A DNA stretch of 64,000 nucleotides from Thermoplasmatota archaeon (GTDB lineage: Archaea; Thermoplasmatota; JAKEGO01). Numbering within the stretch: the stretch's first letter is position 1; every line of letters begins with the position of its first letter. A program made the translations under genes and the position numbers. The stretch is from NCBI GenBank assembly GCA_028279595.1, contig JANQNK010000020.1:224001-288000 (forward strand), given 5' to 3'. Below the pieces are notes generated by a model, which saw only the letters and a program-made list of their open reading frames with translations, had not been told where the DNA came from and made no database searches. This document shows, in pieces, positions 56,563-64,000 of the stretch.

Positions 56563-57135
56563 ATGTCGGATGATCGGGGACCAATAACAACGAGGACAGT
56601 GGTCCGAAGGACCATGCTGGTAGTGATTGCGCTCTTTATCCTGGTAGCGCCATCGATGCAGGTCGCAGCGACAAAGGAGACCCGCGACTGGAACGTCCAG
56701 GAAGGTTCATGCTCGTTCCACGGTCTCGGACACCCTTACACACTGGACCAATTCCGTGACTACGACGTCGTCGAGGTCTTTGTTAACGTATCTTACGGCG
56801 GTCCGATCGACGTCTACCTCATGAAGGCCCGCGAGTACAACAAGATGAAGGACGGCGAGGATTTCACAGCCGAGGTTTCGAAGCAGAACACCAATCGCAC
56901 CAGGTTCAGGTGGCAGAAGCACAGCGACATCCTGTACGTCATCGGCTTCGACAACATGGACAATGCCAAGGACAACGATGCTCAACCGTACACCACCGCC
57001 TACATCCATTTCTCCATCGAGATCGACGAAAGGCACCAGGACATGGAGCTCTGGGCGATCCAGCAGTGGGGAATACTGGCAGGTGCTATAATCATTGTAG
57101 CCACTGTTGTCTTCGTCAAGGTTAAGCTTCGTTGA
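56563..57135 (+). CDS. Hypothetical exported type-I membrane protein (jelly-roll/GOLD-like)
   Basis: Signal peptide, GGPIDVYLM...LYVIGFDN beta-domain and C-terminal TM. GAGGTGA RBS. Confidence 0.7.
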   Translation: MSDDRGPITTRTVVRRTMLVVIALFILVAPSMQVAATKETRDWNVQEGSCSFHGLGHPYTLDQFRDYDVVEVFVNVSYGGPIDVYLMKAREYNKMKDGEDFTAEVSKQNTNRTRFRWQKHSDILYVIGFDNMDNAKDNDAQPYTTAYIHFSIEIDERHQDMELWAIQQWGILAGAIIIVATVVFVKVKLR

Positions 57136-57144
57136 ATTTCTTGT

Positions 57145-58305
57145 TCACTCGAACGACCGCCGGATGCTCTCGATCGCCGCATCGATGTTCTCCAGACTCG
57201 TAGCGTAAGAGAACCTCAGATATCCTTCACCGTAGGGTCCGAAGGATGTCCCCGGAAGGACCGCGACACCTGCGTTGTTGAGGAGATGGTCTGCCACCTC
57301 CTGCGAGGTCATGCCCGTGCCCTTGATGTTCGGGAACGCGTAGTATGCTCCCTTGGGGGCGAGGCAGCTGAATCCGGGTATGGAGTTCAATCCTTCCACC
57401 ACGCGGTCCCTCTTCTCCTTGTACCTCACCATCATCTCAGAGATGAACGCCTGATCTCCGGTGAGGGCCTCGACACCGGCCCACTGGGTGAACGTTGCTG
57501 TACACGACACGGCACTCACGAGGAAGTCCTGCAGTCGTGCCGCCAACGGTTTCGGGACTACCATGTAACCGAGGCGCCAGCCTGTCATCGCATAGTATTT
57601 CGAGAATCCGTCCAGGAGGACCGTCCGCTCGGCGCAGCCGTCCCTCGCCGTGGGCGAGAAGTGGTCGTCCTCGTATGTCATCTTCGAGTAGATCTCGTCG
57701 GACATCACCCAGACATCCCTTTCCTCGGCTATCTCCGCGATCTCGTCCATCTCCTTCCTGGTCATCACCGACCCGGTCGGGTTCTGGGGTGAGTTGACTA
57801 CGATCAGTTTCGTCTTCTCCGTAATACGTTCCTCGATGTCCGCCGGGTTCATCCTGAACTCGTTCTCCTCAAGCAACGGGATGCAGACCCCCTTGGCGCC
57901 GATGAACGAGACAATGGAACCGTATGCCGGATATCCCGGGTCCTGGTAGATGACCTCGTCCCCGGGGTCCACGATCCCTAGCATTCCGAAGAAGATGCCG
58001 GGTTTCAGTCCCGGAATTATGACGATCTGCTCGACGTCCGGCCTGTATCCGCGGGTCCTCTCGACCTCGTCCTGGAGTGCTTGCCTGAGTTCCAGGACTC
58101 CGACGGAAGGGACGTAGTGGGTCTTCTTCTTCTGGATCGCCCTGATGCCTGCCTGGGCTATGTTATCGGGTGTCTCGATGTCCGGCTCTCCGATCTCGAA
58201 GTGGAGTATCTCCCTGCCCTGTCGTTCCAGGGCCTGGGCCTTCGCCAGCACCTCGAACGCCGCTTCTCCGTAGATCCTTCCCGCTCCGTCGCTGAGCTCT
58301 ACCAT
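57145..58305 (-). CDS. PLP-dependent aminotransferase class I/II (aspartate aminotransferase-like)
   Basis: IGEPD, NSPQNPTG, SDEIY, FSKYYAMTGWRLG and GYLRFSYA motifs. Confidence 0.95.
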   Translation of the reverse strand: MVELSDGAGRIYGEAAFEVLAKAQALERQGREILHFEIGEPDIETPDNIAQAGIRAIQKKKTHYVPSVGVLELRQALQDEVERTRGYRPDVEQIVIIPGLKPGIFFGMLGIVDPGDEVIYQDPGYPAYGSIVSFIGAKGVCIPLLEENEFRMNPADIEERITEKTKLIVVNSPQNPTGSVMTRKEMDEIAEIAEERDVWVMSDEIYSKMTYEDDHFSPTARDGCAERTVLLDGFSKYYAMTGWRLGYMVVPKPLAARLQDFLVSAVSCTATFTQWAGVEALTGDQAFISEMMVRYKEKRDRVVEGLNSIPGFSCLAPKGAYYAFPNIKGTGMTSQEVADHLLNNAGVAVLPGTSFGPYGEGYLRFSYATSLENIDAAIESIRRSFE

Positions 58306-58306
58306 C

Positions 58307-60127
58307 TCAATGACCTCCTGCGTATCCGGAGAGGCCGAGTTCCGCCAGCCTCCCTTCCGTGGGAACGCCGGTGGCGTCCCAACCTCTCAATGAATAGTAA
58401 TCCTGAAGGCACTTCTCGTACCCCTCCCGGTCGAGCGTAACACCCTTCGCCTCGCCCTCCGTGAAGGGATCGTTGAACATCCTCGGAGGGAGAGAGTCAT
58501 CCGGGTTCATGCCTTCCCGAAGATTGAAGAGCCGGACGAGATTCCAGATCCTCTCGCCGGCCATGAGATAGCTCTCGACGGTGTGGTCGAAACCCGTGGC
58601 CTTGTTCCACATATCGACGCAGTCCTCCTCCGATACTGGCGCGAAATCGCAGAGTACCAGGGAGAAGAATGCAGCCCTCTCGTCCTGCATGCCCTTGACG
58701 AGTTCAGGCTTCCTTTCGAACGAGAATCTGTCATAGTCCGGGTCACCGATCTCCGTAGTGACGGTCCAGGCCCTCTCGTGGCAGCCGCCCCTGTCGGATG
58801 TGCCGTATGCCAGTCCCATGCCGAACGCTCCCCGTGGATCGTATCCCGGGATCTCAAGTCCGTTGGCGTGCACTGCGAACGCTTCGGAACCTTGACCTAG
58901 GATCTCGGCAGCTCCCCGAACACCCTCGGCGAGCACGTCCCCAGCCCGGTTACTCCTGTGAGCGATATCGTCGGCAAGCTGTGCCAGTGACGGCGGATCG
59001 CCCCACGATATCGAGTTCCCGCCGAGGTCCTCGTCGGAAAGGACCCCCTTCATGTATGCCTCGACGGCGAACCCAAGCACACCACCGAGGGAGATGGTGT
59101 CCATCCCGAGCTCGTTGCACCTTTCGTTGAGGTAGGCCACGTCCTCCATTGTACCGACCCCGAGGTTGGAACCCATGAGGGCGATCGTCTCGTACTCAGG
59201 ACCCACAAGGGTCGTCCCCTCGAATGGTCCCGACTTCACCGATGACCTGTTCCAGCAGGCTATCATGCAGTTGTAGCAGGCTCCTCCCTTGTCGACGATC
59301 CTCTCCTGCATCTGCTCGGCAGTTATCGCCTCGCCGTCCTCGAACCACCCTTCCTGGTAGTTCCTGGTCGGGAGCAGGCCCCAGTCGTTGACGGGTTTGA
59401 CCCAGTACGGTGTTCCGAACTTCGTACGGTTGGGCAGGAACGGATGCTCCCTGAATATCTTCAGGACCCTCGCCGTCGCCTCCTTGAACCCATCGGGGTC
59501 GTGGAGCGGTACGGTCCCGGTACCGACGATCGACACCGCCTTGAGGTTCTTGGAACCCATGACAGCACCCGAACCCCCCCGGCCCGCGTGCCTGTGGCCG
59601 TCCACGGTTATCGCCGCCAACTTCACCAGGTTCTCCCCGGCGGGGCCTATGACGGCCGTCCTGACGCGTCCGTTCGCCTGTAAGGCCTCGTGTGTCTCAA
59701 GGCATTCCATCCCCCAGAGGTCTGACGCGTCCTCGAACTCGATAGAATCATCCGATATACAGATCTGGACTGGTGATTCCGACCTGCCTGTTATGATGAT
59801 GACGTCCCAGCCCGCCTTCTTCATCTCGGCCGCAAAGGTACCGCCGAAGTGGGAGTCGAGGAAGAGCCCGGTCTGGGGAGATTTCGTTACCACCGTCCCC
59901 CTTCCCGACGTTTGCGCCCCCGTTCCTGTGAGCGGACCGCTCGTGAACATCAGGAGATTCTCGGGAGAGAGAGGATCGGTTCCCGCAGGAAGCCTGTCGA
60001 ATAGCAGTTTCGCTCCGAGCCCCTTGGCTCCTATGAAATCCCTTGCATCGTCAAGGTCCGTCTCCTCGATCGAGGTCGTCTTCGATCCCAGATCGATGTG
60101 CAGCATCCTACCTGTGTAGCCACCCAT
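58307..60127 (-). CDS. Tungsten-type aldehyde:ferredoxin oxidoreductase family protein
   Basis: GPAGE, GRGG.GAVMGSKNLKA, CYNCMIAC, PEYET, LGMDTIS and RGGCH motifs. Confidence 0.95.
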   Translation of the reverse strand: MGGYTGRMLHIDLGSKTTSIEETDLDDARDFIGAKGLGAKLLFDRLPAGTDPLSPENLLMFTSGPLTGTGAQTSGRGTVVTKSPQTGLFLDSHFGGTFAAEMKKAGWDVIIITGRSESPVQICISDDSIEFEDASDLWGMECLETHEALQANGRVRTAVIGPAGENLVKLAAITVDGHRHAGRGGSGAVMGSKNLKAVSIVGTGTVPLHDPDGFKEATARVLKIFREHPFLPNRTKFGTPYWVKPVNDWGLLPTRNYQEGWFEDGEAITAEQMQERIVDKGGACYNCMIACWNRSSVKSGPFEGTTLVGPEYETIALMGSNLGVGTMEDVAYLNERCNELGMDTISLGGVLGFAVEAYMKGVLSDEDLGGNSISWGDPPSLAQLADDIAHRSNRAGDVLAEGVRGAAEILGQGSEAFAVHANGLEIPGYDPRGAFGMGLAYGTSDRGGCHERAWTVTTEIGDPDYDRFSFERKPELVKGMQDERAAFFSLVLCDFAPVSEEDCVDMWNKATGFDHTVESYLMAGERIWNLVRLFNLREGMNPDDSLPPRMFNDPFTEGEAKGVTLDREGYEKCLQDYYSLRGWDATGVPTEGRLAELGLSGYAGGH

Positions 60128-60174
60128 TTGATCACGTCCGTGATTGGGACGATTATGTCCCCTGAGCGTGAGGT

Positions 60175-61194
60175 TCAGTCCATGTTCAGGAGGTCGATGA
60201 GCAGTGCGAAACCGGTTTCCCGCTTCCCGGCACCCGGTCCGACTATCGTGACCGGTCCGAGCTCGTCGGTCTCGAAGGTCAGGGCGTTGGTTGCCTCGCC
60301 GACGCCGGCCAGCGGATCGCTGAGCGGCAGCCTCATGGGCTTGACGCTCGCCGAGAATGTTCCGTCCTCCTCGATCTCAGCACATCCGATGAGCTTCCAG
60401 CGCTCCCCGGAGGCCTTCGCCGAAGCTATATCCTCCATGGAAATTCCCGTAATGCCCTCGCGCTCGACGTCCTCGATCGAAATGCGCTTGCCGAGCACGA
60501 CGTTCGAGAGGATGACGACCTTTCCGAGGGCGTCCCAGCCCTCAACGTCTCCCGTGGGATCGGCCTCGGCATAGCCAAGCTCCTGGGCCTTTGCGAGGGC
60601 GTCCTCGTACGACATCCCCTCCTCCATCCGGGTGAGGATGTAGTTCGTCGTTCCATTCATTATCCCCTTGAACCCTGTGATATTGTTGCCCGCGAGCGTG
60701 TACCTCGCAAGGTTCAAGACGGGCGTACCTGCCAGGACGACACCCTCGAATCCGTACTGGACGTCGTTCTGGATCGCCAGTTCCGTCAATTCTGCGACGT
60801 GCTTGACCGTCGGCCCCTTGTTGGTGGACACGACGTTCATGCCGGCATTCAACGCTGCCTTGACGTGCGTGGTCGCGGGCTCTCCGGTCTTGACGTCCGT
60901 GTAGGTGACCTCGATTATCGTGTCGGCATTGGTCTCGGTTATCGTCGCGAGGCTGTCCATCCCCTTGATGCCCGTCGGATAGTTGCCGAGGTCCTCACCG
61001 GACGATGCCATCTCGAGGAGCTTGGTCATGTCCAGGCCTTCCTCGTCGTAGACAGCGCCCTTGATCATGTCCGAGACGGCCACCACTTCGTATGTCAGGC
61101 CGAGGTTCTCGAGCATCTCGGCCTTTTCCAGGAGTATCTCGCAGAGTCCGACGGCCACTGTGCCGAATCCGATGAACGCCAGCCTGTGATGCAA
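60175..61194 (-). CDS. hom: Homoserine dehydrogenase (no ACT domain)
   Basis: IGFGTV, NKGP, NGTTNYIL and GYAEADPTGDVEGWDA motifs. TTG start 1 nt from the upstream stop. Confidence 0.92.
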   Translation of the reverse strand: MHHRLAFIGFGTVAVGLCEILLEKAEMLENLGLTYEVVAVSDMIKGAVYDEEGLDMTKLLEMASSGEDLGNYPTGIKGMDSLATITETNADTIIEVTYTDVKTGEPATTHVKAALNAGMNVVSTNKGPTVKHVAELTELAIQNDVQYGFEGVVLAGTPVLNLARYTLAGNNITGFKGIMNGTTNYILTRMEEGMSYEDALAKAQELGYAEADPTGDVEGWDALGKVVILSNVVLGKRISIEDVEREGITGISMEDIASAKASGERWKLIGCAEIEEDGTFSASVKPMRLPLSDPLAGVGEATNALTFETDELGPVTIVGPGAGKRETGFALLIDLLNMD

Positions 61195-61195
61195 T

Positions 61196-62470
61196 TCAGT
61201 CCCCCCTGTGGTGCAGTTCGGGAGCGGCGATGAAGGTCAGACCGTTCTCCGTCAGCGCCCTGGCGGTGTTGTTGAGGGCGTTGTGCTTCTCGAGGTAGTT
61301 GCGGGTCAGGTGCGGCATGACGCCCTGCGCTTCCGCGTCCGACCTGTCCATGAAGTAGTCGAGGATGTCGCTCGGGTGTTCGAGGGTCTCTTCGACCGCC
61401 GTCTCCCCGCCCTCGTGCTTCGCGCTGATGTTCTTGACCGTGGATGCGATCTCGAGGAGCTCGTCCCGCCTGTCGTAGGGCTGAATAACGATGCTCTTGT
61501 ATGTCTCGAGGATGTGGTGCTCGAACCTGACGTTCTCCTCGAGGCCGAGGTTGCCACGGATCTGGTCGCTGATCTCGATGGTGGTATTGTCCACGGAGTT
61601 GGAGAAGTTGAAACCGATGAGCGACGTCGTCCCGTCCGGTCGCGAGAACAGCCGCGCCATCATCAGGGTCCAGAAGACCGCGTAGGGATTGTCGTTCCCC
61701 ATGAACACGGATATCTTGAACTGGATGTCGATGCCGAGCTTGTGGAGCAGATAACCGACGAAGATCGTGCCTGGATTGATGTTCAGCACTTCCTTCACTC
61801 CGTAGTTCGTGTAGTAGTAGAGGAACTCGTCCGCCCAGAGGACGGGATGGTCGTTCGGCTGTCCGACGCCTCCGAAGTAGCCAGTTATCGTCGCCGGTCC
61901 ACCGAGATGGACGTTGCTGCCGTCAGTGCCCTTCGTGTCCAGGGTCTCGCACCAACTCGCTCCGATGATCTGCATGGCGGCGGACATGGCAAGGATGTCA
62001 TCGTCCTCCTCCTGCTCCTTCATCTTTCGGACACGGATGAACCGCCCCGGCATGAGCTCACCGTTTTCAATGGCCTGCCTGGCCGACTCCATGAAGAATG
62101 AGAAGTACTGGCATGCCGAGACCTCGAGGGTGACGGCGAAGTCCTCGTTGAACATCATCTCGTCCGCGCCGTCTCCGAGGACCTTCCTGCGATACTCATC
62201 CACACCGATGAAGGCGCCGGAATCCCGCTGCTCGATCAACCAGTTCAGGTCATCGATGTAGGGCGAGCCCTTGGCCTCGAGTCGCGCCATCAGGTTCTCC
62301 ACCTTTCCGGCATCCCGAGCCTTCCGGTTTATCTCCTCGGGTCCGCCGTACTTCTCGACCACGGCCAGGAAATCGTTCACAAGCCTGTTGTCTGGGTCGA
62401 GCAGGAACGCATTGATCTCGTCGAGTCTCATGTCCTCTATCGCCAGTTTACCACGTATGTCATCTGACAT
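61196..62470 (-). CDS. Uncharacterised soluble enzyme-like protein, first gene of the hom-aor-aminotransferase operon
   Basis: 424-aa ORF with a GGGAGG RBS and glycine/charge-rich motif-like stretches (ETLDTKGTDGSNVHLGG, GYFGGVGQPN, EHH, KHEGG). I recognise no family. Confidence 0.85.
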   Translation of the reverse strand: MSDDIRGKLAIEDMRLDEINAFLLDPDNRLVNDFLAVVEKYGGPEEINRKARDAGKVENLMARLEAKGSPYIDDLNWLIEQRDSGAFIGVDEYRRKVLGDGADEMMFNEDFAVTLEVSACQYFSFFMESARQAIENGELMPGRFIRVRKMKEQEEDDDILAMSAAMQIIGASWCETLDTKGTDGSNVHLGGPATITGYFGGVGQPNDHPVLWADEFLYYYTNYGVKEVLNINPGTIFVGYLLHKLGIDIQFKISVFMGNDNPYAVFWTLMMARLFSRPDGTTSLIGFNFSNSVDNTTIEISDQIRGNLGLEENVRFEHHILETYKSIVIQPYDRRDELLEIASTVKNISAKHEGGETAVEETLEHPSDILDYFMDRSDAEAQGVMPHLTRNYLEKHNALNNTARALTENGLTFIAAPELHHRGD

Positions 62471-62562
62471 GCAATATGCCTCCCAATGATACCTCCGACG
62501 CTCGCTTGAGGGATAGTTCCGAACGCCCCATCGAAGTATCGCTCCACCCTAGTCTTTGGGGG

Positions 62563-62576
62563 ATATTAATTTTTCG
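62563..62576 (-). promoter_or_regulatory. BRE/TATA promoter of the four-gene catabolic operon
   Basis: The minus strand reads CGAAAA-ATTAATAT, about 95 nt upstream of ATG 62470. Confidence 0.6.
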
Positions 62577-62599
62577 TTATGCTGTCAACAGTTTGGTCA

Positions 62600-63589
62600 T
62601 CAAAAGGTCGACGATAGTCGTTTGGGAGCCCGGTCTACGCCCTTGGAGAACAGGTAGCCCGCGATGAGAGGCAATCCAATCGACATATCTACGAACGCCA
62701 TCGATCTCTTCGCCCTCCTGTCCACCTTGCCCCAAGACTGTGCTTCCCTGAGCGTCGAACCGGACAGTCCTCCCCATTCCGGTCTGTCCATGGTGAGCTG
62801 TACCGCGTACTCATGTCCTGGAACGTCGCCGTATATCATGTCCGCCATCACGACGGCGTCGTTGATGTAATTCTTCGGAACACCGCCGCCGATGTAGATC
62901 GCGCCGGTCCCGTCGGCGTCGTTGACGAGCTTGGCCATCTCCATGTTGTCCTGGATCGTGTCGATGGTCGGTCCCTTGCCCGTACGGCTCCTGACGACGG
63001 CAAGTCCGATCCCGATAGAGCTGTCGGCGATCGCGGGGCAGTATACCGGCACGTCGAGGTCCTTCGCGGTGCAGAGGATCGAATCCTCGTCCTCGACCAT
63101 GTCAGAGAGGTGATCCATGAAAAGACGGGTGCCCATGGTCCCCTCCTGCTCCGCGAACTTCCTTCCGATGAGGATGTCAAGGGTCCGGAACGCGTACTCA
63201 TCGACGTAGGTGTCGTATATCCTGTCTATGTAATTGTCATGGAGCTCGGCGTCGGGAGCTTCCACGTCCCCTTTGTAGTGCTTGTAACCGGCAGCCTGGT
63301 AGAGGTCCTGGTAGAGTATCGCTCCTGTCGATACGACCACGTCGATCATGCTCCTCTTCATGAGGTCGGCGACGACCTTTCGAAGACCTCCCGCGATCAT
63401 CGCTCCCGAGAGGCCCAGGAATACTGTGACGTCATCGTTGAGCATGTCCTCCCAGATCCTAGCCACATCGGCAAGGGCCCTTCCCTGGAACGACGTCGAG
63501 CCCAGGGACTCGACGAGTTCCTCGATGGACGATACCATCTCGAGGTCGATATGCTCGATCTCCTCCCGGAGGAGGTCCTCCCTCTTCAT
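62600..63589 (-). CDS. dys: Deoxyhypusine synthase (family)
   Basis: LSGAMI..GLR, PAIADSSIG, IGGGVPKN and GGLSGST..EAQSWGKV motifs. Confidence 0.93.
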   Translation of the reverse strand: MKREDLLREEIEHIDLEMVSSIEELVESLGSTSFQGRALADVARIWEDMLNDDVTVFLGLSGAMIAGGLRKVVADLMKRSMIDVVVSTGAILYQDLYQAAGYKHYKGDVEAPDAELHDNYIDRIYDTYVDEYAFRTLDILIGRKFAEQEGTMGTRLFMDHLSDMVEDEDSILCTAKDLDVPVYCPAIADSSIGIGLAVVRSRTGKGPTIDTIQDNMEMAKLVNDADGTGAIYIGGGVPKNYINDAVVMADMIYGDVPGHEYAVQLTMDRPEWGGLSGSTLREAQSWGKVDRRAKRSMAFVDMSIGLPLIAGYLFSKGVDRAPKRLSSTF

Positions 63590-63598
63590 GACGTCACC

Positions 63599-64000
63599 TC
63601 ACTCGATGATAAGTACGGCTGCGGCTACAACGGTGGTCCACTTGCCACTGGAGCCGCTCTTCGCTGCGACCGCGATGTGCTGGGTATTGACTATCCGGCC
63701 GTCGATCTTGAAGATGTCCCTGACCTCGTCGTAACCCGCGTCGAGGTCGTACTCGATCCCCAGCGTGGATGCGAGCATCTCCGCGGCGAGGTCCTCAGCG
63801 TACTCGCCGATCTTCTCCTCGGACATGCCGAACTCGTGGTGCTCGCTGATGTAACCGTGCTTGGTCCTGTCCTGGGGTATGGCGCAGCCGATGGCTGCCG
63901 AAACGAGGCGCCCATCCTCCTTCGATCCGTTCTGCGAAAGCACTGTGTGGAGGATCTGGCCGGCTTTGAGCATCCCAACGCCCTCGTCCATGGATATGAT
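63599..64000 (-). CDS. pdaD: Pyruvoyl-dependent arginine decarboxylase (partial; N-terminus beyond the window)
   Basis: SAAIGCA.P...HGYISEHH, AEDLAA.MLASTLG and WTTVVAAAV motifs. The frame runs to the window edge. Confidence 0.88.
   Translation of the reverse strand: MISMDEGVGMLKAGQILHTVLSQNGSKEDGRLVSAAIGCAIPQDRTKHGYISEHHEFGMSEEKIGEYAEDLAAEMLASTLGIEYDLDAGYDEVRDIFKIDGRIVNTQHIAVAAKSGSSGKWTTVVAAAVLIIE

Noticed and set aside
62500-62540. Fluoride or SAM riboswitch in the operon leader
   Set aside because: There is only a superficial CGATGG...GTTCG resemblance. The downstream conserved elements are missing and the gene context does not fit.

Overview
GC-rich archaeal DNA. Archaeal origin is shown by rpl18a/LX, prefoldin alpha, EndA, PurP, deoxyhypusine synthase, PdaD and BRE/TATA promoters; Thermoplasmata affinity is an inference. 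The first 27.6 kb is one uninterrupted reading frame, already open at the left edge, encoding a giant (>9,200 aa) acidic cell-surface protein. I counted 77 DUF11-like Ig repeats: 52 type A, 22 type B that each carry an EF-hand-type Ca2+ loop, and 3 type C. It also has two nested DUF642-like lectin domains, a Cys/Asp-rich segment and a C-terminal P[LF]DP-TM-basic tail that is shared with a second exported CxxC protein 6.6 kb away (candidate new archaeosortase signal). The rest of the window holds a Ca2+/Na+ antiporter, TatD, a MEMO1-gcvH-Trm112-rpl18a-pfdA-ftsY cluster, two exported thioredoxin-like proteins, endA, an OPT-PqqD-phosphoesterase unit and a feoAB(C) operon with a tandem palindromic operator. 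It also holds a sulfotransferase, an HhH protein with a dCMP deaminase, a putative cobalamin uptake pair, a PEF-CTERM cupredoxin, a protein resembling adaptin/COP appendage domains, a beta-helix surface protein, purP, dys and a partial pdaD. A tightly coupled operon (unknown enzyme, homoserine dehydrogenase, AOR, aminotransferase) looks like an undescribed amino-acid catabolic route. I saw no rRNA, tRNA, CRISPR array or mobile element. All family assignments are by eye from motifs; no searches were run.
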